DNA of 46,488 bases from assembly GCA_046546415.1 (NCBI GenBank), contig JBKGXY010000001.1, positions 1-46,488 of the forward strand, written 5' to 3'. The notes beneath the pieces are model-generated. The model was not told the origin of the DNA, made no database searches, and saw only the letters and a list, made by a program, of their open reading frames with translations. The stretch comes from Ectothiorhodospira sp. (GTDB lineage Bacteria; Pseudomonadota; Gammaproteobacteria; Ectothiorhodospirales; Ectothiorhodospiraceae). Numbering within the stretch: position 1 is the first letter of the stretch; every line of letters starts with the position of its first letter. Of this stretch, positions 1 to 10,394 are shown piece by piece. The position numbers and the translations under genes were made by a program.

Positions 1-166
1 CGTGGTCGCCGCTGAGACTGCCCACCACGGCCCCTCCAAGGGCCCCGATGGCGGCCCCCTTGGCGGCCTTGCTCACCTTCTCCTCCCGGGTGTAGGGATC
101 CAGGGTGGTGCAACCGGAAAGGACCACGACGGCGGCGAGGAGGAAAGACGGGATCAGGTAACGCAT
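1..166 (-). CDS. OmpA-family outer-membrane lipoprotein (YiaD-like), 5' part only; runs off the window start
   Basis: Not in the ORF track; hand translation from ATG 166 gives MRYLIPSFLLAAVVVLSGC-TTLDPYTREEKVSKAAKGAAIGALGGAVVG. This has a lipobox (LSGC) and the glycine zipper typical of YiaD. GGAGAGG RBS upstream. Confidence 0.8.
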   Translation of the reverse strand, partial: MRYLIPSFLLAAVVVLSGCTTLDPYTREEKVSKAAKGAAIGALGGAVVGSLSGDH

Positions 167-230
167 GGGCAAAACCTCTCCTGGATCGGAACGGGAAACG
201 GCAGCGGGCTGGCCGGGGGCGGTGGGGCGT

Positions 231-1052
231 TCATGCCCCGGGCCTCAGTTGCGCCCGCACCGGAGCGGTATCGGGCCGACAGCCCCGCCAAAGGAAGAAG
301 GCCTCGGCGGCCTGTTCCACCAGCATACCCAGGCCGTCGGCGGTCCAGGCGGCACCGTGGTCCCGGCCCCAGCGCACGAAGGCCGTGGGGGTGTCGCCGT
401 ACATCATGTCATAACATCCGGCCCCGGGGGCCAGCAGGTCATCGGGCAGGGGAGGGACCTGGTCCCCCAGGCCGGCGGCGGTGGCGTTGATCACCAGATC
501 GTATTGCCGCCCGGCCAGGTCCTCCAGGCCGCCGCCGGTGACCGCGCCCAGGTCGGCGAAATCCGCCGCCAGGTCCCGGGCCCGGGCGGCGGTACGGTTG
601 GCGATGTGCAGCGTGCCGACCCCCGCCTGCAGCAGGGGCTGGAGCACGCCCCGGGCCGCTCCCCCGGCCCCCAGCAGCAGGACCCGCCGCCCGGCCAGAT
701 CCTGCCCCAGGTTGCGCGTCAGGTCGGCCACCAGGCCCGCCCCGTCGGTGTTGTCCCCGATCAGGCGTGTCCCCTCGACCATCAGGGTGTTCACCGCCCC
801 CGCGCGCCGGGCCCGGGGGGCAAGGGTGTCGGCCAGATCAAAGGCCTGGGGCTTGAAGGGCACGGTGACGTTGAAGCCCCGGTAGCCCTGCGCCACCAGA
901 CCCCGCACCGTGTCGGCGAAACCGTCCTCCGGGGCCAGCACCGCCTCGTATTCCATGGCCTGCCCCGTCTGGCGGGCGAACAGGCCATGGATGAGGGGGG
1001 ACTTGCTGTGTCCGATGGGGTTGCCGAGGACGGCGTAACGATCCCGGGCCAT
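231..1052 (-). CDS. aroE: Shikimate dehydrogenase
   Basis: C-terminal part of ORF 231..2204 from [19 protein letters not shown]; motifs [35 protein letters not shown]. Confidence 0.97.
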   Translation of the reverse strand: MARDRYAVLGNPIGHSKSPLIHGLFARQTGQAMEYEAVLAPEDGFADTVRGLVAQGYRGFNVTVPFKPQAFDLADTLAPRARRAGAVNTLMVEGTRLIGDNTDGAGLVADLTRNLGQDLAGRRVLLLGAGGAARGVLQPLLQAGVGTLHIANRTAARARDLAADFADLGAVTGGGLEDLAGRQYDLVINATAAGLGDQVPPLPDDLLAPGAGCYDMMYGDTPTAFVRWGRDHGAAWTADGLGMLVEQAAEAFFLWRGCRPDTAPVRAQLRPGA

Positions 1053-1057
1053 GGGTT

Positions 1058-2173
<1,116 letters not shown>

Positions 2174-2314
2174 TCAGGATAGCGGATTTGGGCGCATCGG
2201 GCACACGGTGCTTCAGCTGTCCCCTGCAGACGCCGGGGGCCGGTGGGCCCTACAATGCGCCCCCGGGGCCCGTCCCCATCCCGTACCCCTCAACCCAAGG
2301 TCATCCGCATCGTC

Positions 2315-2980
2315 ATGGACACCACCCCCCTGGAATCCGTCGTCGTCGATACCGGCCCCCATCCCGACACCTGCATCCTCTGGCTCCACGGCCTGGGGGC
2401 CGATGGCCACGACTTCGAGCCCATCGTGCCGGAGTTGCCCCTGCCGCCGGGGGCGGCCGTACGCTTCGTCTTCCCCCATGCCCCGGTGCGCCCGGTGACC
2501 CTCAACAACGGCATGGCCATGCGGGCCTGGTATGACTTCCTGGCCCTGGACCCGGGCCGGGGGGAGGACCATGCCCAGGTGGGCGAGACCGTGGGGCTGA
2601 TCCAGCAACTGGTGGCCCGGGCCCGCGGGGAGCACAAGCGAGTGATCCTGGGGGGGTTCTCCCAGGGCGGGGCCGTGGCCCTGCTGGCGGGTCTGGGGGA
2701 AGGTCCGGGACCCGATGCCGTGTTCGCCCTGTCCACCTACCTGCCCGATGCACAGAAGGCCGGGATCACACTGGCGGAACGGGCCCGGGGGCTGCCCGTG
2801 TTCATGGCCCACGGCAGCATGGATCCGGTGATCCCCGTGGACTTCGGCCGCCACTCGTCCCGGGCCCTGCAGGCCCTGGGGGTGGACCTGCAATGGCACG
2901 AGTACCCCATGCCCCACAGCGTCTGCGCCGACGAGGTGCGGGACCTGGGGGCATGGCTCAGCCCACTGATTCAGGACTAA
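2315..2980 (+). CDS. Phospholipase/carboxylesterase family alpha/beta hydrolase
   Basis: WLHGLGADGHDF, FPHAPVRPVTLNNGMAMRAWYD, GFSQGG nucleophile elbow, AHGSMDPV, MPHSV. TACAAT -10-like hexamer at 2251-2256. Confidence 0.93.
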   Translation: MDTTPLESVVVDTGPHPDTCILWLHGLGADGHDFEPIVPELPLPPGAAVRFVFPHAPVRPVTLNNGMAMRAWYDFLALDPGRGEDHAQVGETVGLIQQLVARARGEHKRVILGGFSQGGAVALLAGLGEGPGPDAVFALSTYLPDAQKAGITLAERARGLPVFMAHGSMDPVIPVDFGRHSSRALQALGVDLQWHEYPMPHSVCADEVRDLGAWLSPLIQD

Positions 2981-3114
2981 ACCCGGTATACAGGGTTCAC
3001 CGGCAGGTCTTCATCGCCACCCGGCTGACGCCCATGGGATGAATGGATGACCCGCCTGGAAAACCTCAGCGCACGAGCCCGTCGATTCCCCACCCCGGGA
3101 ACTGCAACCTACAT

Positions 3115-5832
3115 TCACCGGGGCAGGGTGAAGACGAAACGGGCCCCCTTGCCGGGCCTTGGGTCCACCCAGATGCGCCCCCCCAGATGCTCGACGATAC
3201 GGCGGGAGATGGCCAGCCCCAGGCCGGTGCCCTGGGGCCGGTCGGTGAGCACATCCCCCACCTGGCGGAACTTCTGGAACAGATGGGGCGCCTCCGCCTC
3301 CGGGATACCCGGACCGTTATCCTCCACCTCCACCCGCAGTGCCTCCGCCTCCGCCACCATGCGCAGGGCGACCTGCCCCGTGCCCTCGGGGGCGAACTTC
3401 ACGGCATTGGAGAGCAGGTTGATGACCACCTGCATGAGCCGGTCCCGGTCAGTGGTGTAGGGCACCGGCCCGTCGGGTAGTTCCAGATCCAGGCGTACGC
3501 CCTTGTTCTCGAACAGCTGGCCCGTGGCCTGGGCGGCGTCCTGCAGGATATCGTTCATGTCCCAGGATTCGGGGTACCAGCGCATGGCCCCGGATTCCAG
3601 CTTGGCCAGGTCCAGCACCTGGTTGATGAGCCGGGTGAGGCGCTCGCTCTCGCTGATGATGATGCCCAGAAAGGCCTGGCGGCGCTCCGGTTCCAGCTCC
3701 GGGTGGTCATGCAGGATCTCGGTGAAGGAGCGGATGGAGGTGAGGGGCGTGCGCAGCTCATGGGTGACGGTGGCGATGAAGTCGTCCTTCATGCGGTCCA
3801 GCTGCTGCAGCTGGGCGTTGGCGGCGCGCAGATCCCTTGTGGCCGCCTCCAGCTCCCGGGACTTGGCCTCCAGTTCCTGACTGTAGGCGATGACCTGGCT
3901 GGCCTCGTCCAGGATCTCCATCACCTCGTCCAGGCTCACCACCTCCCCCTGGGCCACGTTGGACACCAGCACCCGCGCCGAGGCCGTGCCCACGGAGCCC
4001 GCCAGCAGCCGTTCGCACAGGTGCACCAGTTCGGCATCGGCGTCCCGGGTGCGGGACAGGTCCACCCCGTGTTGGCGGGCATACTCGTCAAAGGCCCGGC
4101 GGGCCCGGTCCTCGCCGATGAAGCGGCGCAGCAGGTCGAAGAGGTCCTCCACCGTGGCCGATCCGCGCCAGAAGCGGGAGATGCCGTAACGCCCCGCCGA
4201 CAGGCGAAAGACGTCCACGAACAGGCTGGCCTGGATGCGCTCGATGGCGTCGTGCTGGGTGAGCAGGGAGACCGCCACGTAGGCCCCCAGGTTCACCAGC
4301 ATGGACCACACCAGGGCATGGGTCACCGGTGCCAGGCCCTCCAGTCCGAACAGGGCGTGGGGCCGGAGCAGGGCGAGGCCGAAGGGGCCGTCGAGGACGA
4401 AGGCCTCGGGCACCCAGCCGGCATGGGCCAGTGTGGGCAGGAAGAGGGTGTAGGCCCAGACGACGAACCCCGCGGCCATGCCCGCCAGGGCCCCCTGGCG
4501 TGTGGCACCCTTCCAGAAGATGCCGCCGATGAGGGCCGGGGCGAACTGGGCCACGGCGCAGAAGGAGACCAGACCCATCCCCACCAGGGCCAGGGTGTCC
4601 CCGGTGGCGCGGATGTAGACATACCCCAGCAGGATCACCCCCAGGATGGCGGCGCGGCGGATGCGCAGCACCAGCCGGGTGAGATCGGTGCGCCGTTCCA
4701 GGTTCAGCCAGCGCAGGCGCAGCAGGGCGGGCATGACCAGGTCGTTGCCCAGCATGGTGGCCAGGGCCACCGTCTCCACGATCATGGCGGTGGCCGCCGA
4801 CAACCCCCCCAGGAAGACCACCAGGGCCAGGGCGGTCCACTCCCGGGACAGGGGCAGGGCGAGGACATAGGTGTCCGGATGGACCCCGGAATCCTCCAGC
4901 AGCAGCACCCCGGCGAAGGCGATGGGCAGCACGAAGAGGTTGATGGCGAACAGATACAGGGGGAAGAGCCAGGCGGCGTCCCGCACATGACGCTCGCGCA
5001 CGTTCTCCACCACCGCCACCTGGAACTGGCGGGGCAGGGCCAGGATGGCCAGCATGGACACCAGGGTGAGGGCGATCCAGTTTCCGTAGTCTCCCGGGCT
5101 GCCCATGTGGAACAGCTCCGAGAGCCGCGGATGCCCCGCCGCCTGGCCGAACAGATCCGCCGGCCCCCTGAAGAGCACGAAGGTGATCACGGCCCCCGCC
5201 AGCAGGAAGGCGATCAGCTTCACCAGGGACTCGAAGGCGATGGCCGCCACCATGCCCGAGTGGTGTTCCGAGGCATCCACATGACGGGTGCCGAAGAGGA
5301 TGGCGAAGGCGGCCAGGATGAGGGCGGCGTAGAAGGCCTCGTCGGTGTAGAAGGCGCCGTTGCCCACCAGGGCATCCGCCGCCACCGGATAGTCCACCAT
5401 GACCGAGAAGGTGATGGATACGGCCTTGAGCTGCAGGGCGATGTAGGGCACCAGACCCACCAGGGCGATGGCCGCCACCAGCCCCCCCAGCAGGGGCCGC
5501 TTGCCGTGGCGCGAGGCGATGAAGTCGGCGATGGAGGTGATGCGGTTGATCTTGGAGATGCGCACCATCTTGCGCAGCACGATCCACCACAGGGCCGCCA
5601 TGAGGGTGGGGCCCAGGTAGATGGGCAGGTAGTGCACACCCTGTTCCGCCGCCAGGCCGACACTGCCGTAGAAGGTCCAGGAGGTGCAGTAGACGGCGAT
5701 GGACAGGGCGTAGACATAGGGCCCCTGGATGAGCCCGCCGTCCCGCCCGGAATGCCGGTCCCCCCAGAAGGCGATGGCGAACATCGCCAGCAGGTAGACC
5801 AGCGACACCCCCACCACCATGGCGGTGTTCAT
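3115..5832 (-). CDS. Sodium:solute symporter (SLC5)-STAC-histidine kinase fusion, CrbS/CbrA-like, without PAS or receiver domain
   Basis: Multi-TM N-terminus with YALSIAVYCTSWTFYGSVG and LPRQFQVAVVEN; STAC-like segment LLRRFIGEDRARRAF...ERLLAGSVGTASAR; intact H-box VTHELRTPL, N-box NLLSNAVKF, EDNGPG, GTGLGL. Confidence 0.92.
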   Translation of the reverse strand: MNTAMVVGVSLVYLLAMFAIAFWGDRHSGRDGGLIQGPYVYALSIAVYCTSWTFYGSVGLAAEQGVHYLPIYLGPTLMAALWWIVLRKMVRISKINRITSIADFIASRHGKRPLLGGLVAAIALVGLVPYIALQLKAVSITFSVMVDYPVAADALVGNGAFYTDEAFYAALILAAFAILFGTRHVDASEHHSGMVAAIAFESLVKLIAFLLAGAVITFVLFRGPADLFGQAAGHPRLSELFHMGSPGDYGNWIALTLVSMLAILALPRQFQVAVVENVRERHVRDAAWLFPLYLFAINLFVLPIAFAGVLLLEDSGVHPDTYVLALPLSREWTALALVVFLGGLSAATAMIVETVALATMLGNDLVMPALLRLRWLNLERRTDLTRLVLRIRRAAILGVILLGYVYIRATGDTLALVGMGLVSFCAVAQFAPALIGGIFWKGATRQGALAGMAAGFVVWAYTLFLPTLAHAGWVPEAFVLDGPFGLALLRPHALFGLEGLAPVTHALVWSMLVNLGAYVAVSLLTQHDAIERIQASLFVDVFRLSAGRYGISRFWRGSATVEDLFDLLRRFIGEDRARRAFDEYARQHGVDLSRTRDADAELVHLCERLLAGSVGTASARVLVSNVAQGEVVSLDEVMEILDEASQVIAYSQELEAKSRELEAATRDLRAANAQLQQLDRMKDDFIATVTHELRTPLTSIRSFTEILHDHPELEPERRQAFLGIIISESERLTRLINQVLDLAKLESGAMRWYPESWDMNDILQDAAQATGQLFENKGVRLDLELPDGPVPYTTDRDRLMQVVINLLSNAVKFAPEGTGQVALRMVAEAEALRVEVEDNGPGIPEAEAPHLFQKFRQVGDVLTDRPQGTGLGLAISRRIVEHLGGRIWVDPRPGKGARFVFTLPR

Positions 5833-6116
5833 GGCCCTGACTCCGGGGGCCCGGGGGGATCCTCCCCCTCGTCGGTGTGCACCGAGCGCAAGGCAACGAG
5901 CACGATCACCAGGATCAGACCCAGCCAGGCCCCATAGAGATAGAGGAACAGCAGCGGGATGCCCATGGGTCGGGCGGGGGCGTCGAAGACCGCCAGCAGG
6001 GGCGGGAAGAACAGCACCAGGCCCAGCAGGAAGGCGGCCACATAGCGTTCCCGGGCGCCGCTGGCCGGGAGACGCCGGACACCGCTTCGACCCCGACGGA
6101 CGGGCTCGCCGTTCAC
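5829..6116 (-). CDS. Small two-TM membrane protein coupled to the SLC5 kinase
   Basis: Hydrophobic segments AAFLLGLVLFFPPLLAVF and GIPLLFLYLYGAWLGLILVIVLV; stop overlaps the kinase ATG (ATGA, 5829-5832). Start uncertain (GTG 6116 or ATG 6149). Confidence 0.75.
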   Translation of the reverse strand: MNGEPVRRGRSGVRRLPASGARERYVAAFLLGLVLFFPPLLAVFDAPARPMGIPLLFLYLYGAWLGLILVIVLVALRSVHTDEGEDPPGPPESGP

Positions 6117-6120
6117 GGCA

Positions 6121-8262
6121 TCACATCCCCGCCGCCGGACCGGCGCCATCCTGGTGACTGATGCTGCGCTCGCGCTGGCGCAACTGGGCGGCCATGCTGG
6201 AGGAGCGCATCACCTCCCCGAAGGTGCGATAGCCCTGGGCGCGCAGGCGCTCCATGAGGCGCACCAGCAGGTGGGCCGTGGCCACGGCGTCCCCCAGGGC
6301 CGTGTGGCGTCCCTCCATGTCGATGCCGTACCGCGTGATGAGGGCATCCAGGGAGTGATCCTCGTTCTCGTCCTCCACCATCACCGACAGCAGCAGGGTG
6401 TCCAGCACCGGGTTGTCGAAGCGCAGGCCGCAGGCCGGCTCCTTGAGGCTGATGAACTTCATGTCGAAGGCGGCGTTGTGGGCCACCATCACCGCATCCC
6501 CCACGAAGGCCTTGAAACGGGGCAGCACCTCGGTGATGAGGGGCTTGTCCCGCACCTGATCGTCGGTGATGCCATGGAAGCGGATGGAACTGGGGGGGAT
6601 GGGGCGGCCCGGGTGGATGAGCTGTTCGAAGGTCTCTCCGGTGAGCACCCGGCCCTTGACCACCCGCACCCCGGCGATGGAGATGATCTCGTCCCCGCCC
6701 ACGGGGTTGAGCCCGGTCATCTCGCAGTCGAAGACCACGAAGGTGAGATCCTCCAGGGGGGTGGCGGCCCGCTTCGGGTCGCCCTCGTGCTCGCGCATGA
6801 GGCCGAAATCGTAGAACTCCGGCCGTGGCGGCAGTTGTGCCCCATCCGGCTGGAACTGGGGTCGGCTGGGGGCGATCATGGGCAGACGCAGGAGGGCGTG
6901 CTCGCCGTCGCTGCAGGCCTGGCTCCAGAGTTCGATGCCGTGGCGCTCCAGCACATCCCGCAGGGTCTGCCCCCCCATTTCGTCCCCCATCCCGGAGTCC
7001 AGCCAGCGGTCCAGTTCCGCCGCCGGCACGGCCTCCCCCCGCCAGGTGAGGTCCAGGTAGACACGGCGGTCCCCCAGGAGGGTCTCCGCCCGGAATCGCC
7101 GGGCCCCGGTATGCCGCACCAGGTACCGCACCAGCCCCTCCAGGGCCTGCACCAGGGAGAGGCTGTCCCCCTGGATCCAGAGGGGCTGCCCCACCAGCTC
7201 CAGGGTGACCCCGGGGAGATCCTGCAGCCGTTGAACCACCCCCTCGACAAGATCGCTGCTGTACAGGTCGGACATGGGGAAGCGCCCCAGGGCGTGGCCT
7301 CGGAAGCGTTCGGCCAGCTCCTCCAGGCGCGTGCTCAGGGTCTCGCTCTCGCTGCGCAGGACCTGCTGGAAGGCGCGGCGATCCTCCAGGGACATCTCCG
7401 AATGGGCATCCAGGGTCTCGGCGGCGGCCCGCAGGTTGCCCACCGCGCCCCGCAGGTCCGTGGTGAGGGCGCGGCGCACCGCATCCACCTGCTGCATGAT
7501 GTCCACCTCGCTGGAGATGTCCACGAGGGTGACCAGATAGGCACTGGTCTCCCCCCGACCGTCCAGGATCAGGGACATGCGGCCCTGCAGGACCCGGGTC
7601 GCCGGGGCGTTGGTGCAGACGAAGCGGGCGGTGAGGTCCGCTGGACCGCCCTTGCGTTGTCCCTGGCGCCATTCCAGGCGCTCCAGGGTGTGGATCACCG
7701 GGGCCCGGGAGACGACATCGAACAGCGGCCGCCCCAGACCCACCGCCTCGGGGGACTCCAGGAGGGCGACGGCGGCGGGATTGTAGAGCAGGATCTGGTG
7801 GCGGCGGTTGCACACCACCACCCCCTCGGCCAGTCCCTGGAGGATGGTCTCCAGCCAGCTCTTCTGTTCGTTGATCTGGGCGGTGGCGGTGGCCATGGCG
7901 CCGCGGATCTCCCGGCGGGATCCCTTGAGGGCATCGGCCAGGGCCTGCACGGCGGCGGGCAGCTCTCCCAGGGCATGCCCCCGGGGGAGGGTGATCCCGG
8001 TGTCGGCGGTGCGGGATTCCAGCAGGGCACGCGCATCCCGGGCCAGGATGCGGGCCGGCCGGCGCACCTGGCGGCGGATGAGCCAGGCGCAAAGGCCCAG
8101 GGGCGGGAGCAGGGCCAGTGCCCCCATGAGCGGGGCACCGAACAGATCCCGGGGCGGATGCCCCCGGGCCAGGAGTTCCCAGTTGGCCACCCCCACCATG
8201 GCGCCGTAGCCGAAGACCACGACGAGGGCCAGAGCGAGGAGGATGGGCAGGGGTCTATCCAC
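6121..8262 (-). CDS. Membrane-anchored HAMP-PAS-degenerate histidine-kinase-like core fused to a DnaQ-like DEDDh 3'-5' exonuclease
   Basis: Two N-terminal TMs; PAS entry LETILQGLAEGVVVCN; exonuclease motifs FVVFDCEMTG, VAHNAAFD and HTALGDA; central region resembles DHp/HATPase without the catalytic residues. Confidence 0.88.
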   Translation of the reverse strand: MDRPLPILLALALVVVFGYGAMVGVANWELLARGHPPRDLFGAPLMGALALLPPLGLCAWLIRRQVRRPARILARDARALLESRTADTGITLPRGHALGELPAAVQALADALKGSRREIRGAMATATAQINEQKSWLETILQGLAEGVVVCNRRHQILLYNPAAVALLESPEAVGLGRPLFDVVSRAPVIHTLERLEWRQGQRKGGPADLTARFVCTNAPATRVLQGRMSLILDGRGETSAYLVTLVDISSEVDIMQQVDAVRRALTTDLRGAVGNLRAAAETLDAHSEMSLEDRRAFQQVLRSESETLSTRLEELAERFRGHALGRFPMSDLYSSDLVEGVVQRLQDLPGVTLELVGQPLWIQGDSLSLVQALEGLVRYLVRHTGARRFRAETLLGDRRVYLDLTWRGEAVPAAELDRWLDSGMGDEMGGQTLRDVLERHGIELWSQACSDGEHALLRLPMIAPSRPQFQPDGAQLPPRPEFYDFGLMREHEGDPKRAATPLEDLTFVVFDCEMTGLNPVGGDEIISIAGVRVVKGRVLTGETFEQLIHPGRPIPPSSIRFHGITDDQVRDKPLITEVLPRFKAFVGDAVMVAHNAAFDMKFISLKEPACGLRFDNPVLDTLLLSVMVEDENEDHSLDALITRYGIDMEGRHTALGDAVATAHLLVRLMERLRAQGYRTFGEVMRSSSMAAQLRQRERSISHQDGAGPAAGM

Positions 8263-8283
8263 CGGGATCGGGCTTCACAGGGC

Positions 8284-8664
8284 TCAGGTTTCGCCCTGGG
8301 GCATGTAGGCGCGCACCCGTTCCACCACCTCGCGGGTGGAGAAGGGCTTGGTGATGTAGTCATCCGCCCCCATGGCCAGGCCCTTCTCCTTCTCGATCTG
8401 GCGGCCCTTGGCGGTGAGCATGAGGATGCGCACATCACGCCATTCGGGATTGGCGCGAATGGTCTGGCAGACCTCGTAGCCGTCCCGCCGGGGCAGCATC
8501 ACGTCCAGCAGGATCACCTGTGGCTGCTGCTGGCGCACGGCCTCCAGGGCGCTCTCGCCGTCCCGGGCGACGCGCACATCGAAACCCGCCTGTTTCATCA
8601 GGAACTCCAGCGAGAGGACGATATTGGGCTCATCGTCCACCACCAGTACCGATTGGGGTGACAT
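8284..8664 (-). CDS. Single-domain response regulator (receiver only)
   Basis: MSPQSVLVVDDEPNI, LLDVMLP (phospho-Asp), MLTAKG, DYITKPF; 126 aa, no output domain. Confidence 0.93.
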   Translation of the reverse strand: MSPQSVLVVDDEPNIVLSLEFLMKQAGFDVRVARDGESALEAVRQQQPQVILLDVMLPRRDGYEVCQTIRANPEWRDVRILMLTAKGRQIEKEKGLAMGADDYITKPFSTREVVERVRAYMPQGET

Positions 8665-8858
8665 CCAATCCTCCTCCGCACCCGGCAGGCCGGTCTCATC
8701 GACGCGCCCGCAAACGGGCAATCCGCACCCCGTGCCGGGGACGGCCTGGCCCTGCCGGGGCCGCTCGTTCTTATGGGTCTTGTCGTTTGGGTCTTGCCTT
8801 TACCCGGCCGGGCCGGCCACAGGGCGAACATAGCACAGACGGCCCGGGGCGTCGTGGA

Positions 8859-10256
8859 TCAGCCCGCTCCCAGACGCTCCCGGGCCTCCTGGATGCGCGC
8901 CCGCACCTGGGCTGGGGCGGTACCGCCATGCACATTGCGCGCCGCCAGGGAGCCCTGCAGGGTGAGCACATCGAAGACATCCGCCTCGATGGTGGTGGAA
9001 AAACGCCGCAATTCCTCCAGCTCCATCTCCCCCAGATCACGACCGGTCTCCAGGCCATGGCGCACCGCCTGACCCACCACCTCGTGGGCATCGCGGAAGG
9101 CCATGCCCTTGGACACCAGATAGTCCGCCAGGTCGGTGGCGGTGGCGAAGCCCTTGCGGGTGGCCTCCTCCATGGCCCCGGCCCGCACCTGGATATGGGG
9201 CACCATGTCGGCGAAGGCCCGCAGGCTGCCGGCCAGGGTGTCCACGGTATCGAACAGCGGCTCCTTGTCCTCCTGGTTGTCCTTGTTATAGGCCAGGGGC
9301 TGGGCCTTCATGAGGGTGAGCAGGGCCACCAGGTTGCCGTTGACCCGGCCGGTCTTGCCCCGCACCAGCTCGGGCACGTCGGGATTCTTCTTCTGGGGCA
9401 TGATGGAGGAGCCGGTACAGAAGCGGTCCGGCAGATCCACGAAACCGAACTGGGCGCTGGCCCAGAGCACCAGCTCCTCCGAGAAGCGGGAGAGGTGGGT
9501 CATGATCAGGGCCCCGGCGGCACAGAACTCGATGGCGAAGTCCCGGTCACTCACCGCGTCCAGGGAGTTGTCGGAGATGGCCTCAAAGCCCAGCAACTCG
9601 GCGGTGTAGTGCCGGTCCAGGGGGTAGGGGGTGCCCGCCAGGGCGGCGGAGCCCAGGGGCAGCACGTTGACCCGGCGGCGGCAGTCCCCGAGGCGGGCAT
9701 GATCCCGCTCCAGCATCTCGAACCAGGCCATCATGTGGTGGCCGAAGGTGACGGGCTGGGCGGTCTGCAGGTGGGTGAAACCGGGCATCACCGTCCCGGC
9801 CTCCCGCTCGGCCAGATCCAGCAGGCCATGCTGCAGGCGGCGCAACTCGGCCATGAGGCCATCGATGGCCTCCCGCAGATAGAGTCGGATGTCGGTGGCC
9901 ACCTGGTCGTTGCGGGAGCGGCCGGTGTGCAGCTTCTTGCCCACGTCGCCGATGCGCTGGGTGAGCCGGGCCTCCACGTTCATGTGCACGTCCTCGAGGC
10001 CCACGGACCACTGGAACTGGCCGGCCTCGATCTCGGCGCTGATGGCCTCCAGCCCCTCCAGGATCAGCCGGCACTCCCCTTCGGTGAGCACCCCCACACG
10101 GGCCAGCATGCGGGCATGGGCCATGGAACCCTCGATGTCATGGCGGTAGAGGCGGCGATCGAACTCCACCGAGGCGGTGAAGGCCTCGACGAAGCGGTCG
10201 GTGGGTTCCGCGAAGCGCCCGCCCCAGGGCTTGTCCTGCGATGCCTTAGAATTCAT
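8859..10256 (-). CDS. argH: Argininosuccinate lyase
   Basis: [26 protein letters not shown], signature [23 protein letters not shown]. Confidence 0.98.
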   Translation of the reverse strand: MNSKASQDKPWGGRFAEPTDRFVEAFTASVEFDRRLYRHDIEGSMAHARMLARVGVLTEGECRLILEGLEAISAEIEAGQFQWSVGLEDVHMNVEARLTQRIGDVGKKLHTGRSRNDQVATDIRLYLREAIDGLMAELRRLQHGLLDLAEREAGTVMPGFTHLQTAQPVTFGHHMMAWFEMLERDHARLGDCRRRVNVLPLGSAALAGTPYPLDRHYTAELLGFEAISDNSLDAVSDRDFAIEFCAAGALIMTHLSRFSEELVLWASAQFGFVDLPDRFCTGSSIMPQKKNPDVPELVRGKTGRVNGNLVALLTLMKAQPLAYNKDNQEDKEPLFDTVDTLAGSLRAFADMVPHIQVRAGAMEEATRKGFATATDLADYLVSKGMAFRDAHEVVGQAVRHGLETGRDLGEMELEELRRFSTTIEADVFDVLTLQGSLAARNVHGGTAPAQVRARIQEARERLGAG

Positions 10257-10394
10257 GGCCCGTCTGCGTCTTTGAACATGGATCGATTAGTATACCATTG
10301 GCACACTGGAGGCACGGAAACCCGCGCCCACCTGATCCGCACCGCCAGCCGTGGTGACTGAGGCGAGACGAGCAACACGAGGACCGGCCAGCCC

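Noticed and set aside
3703-5937. Long antisense or alternate-frame ORFs (e.g. 3703..5937 +, 6154..8661 +, 21742..23613 +, 28195..29985 +, 32800..34170 +)
   Set aside because: They shadow well-supported genes. High GC3 suppresses stop codons in these frames, and the translations carry no recognisable motifs.
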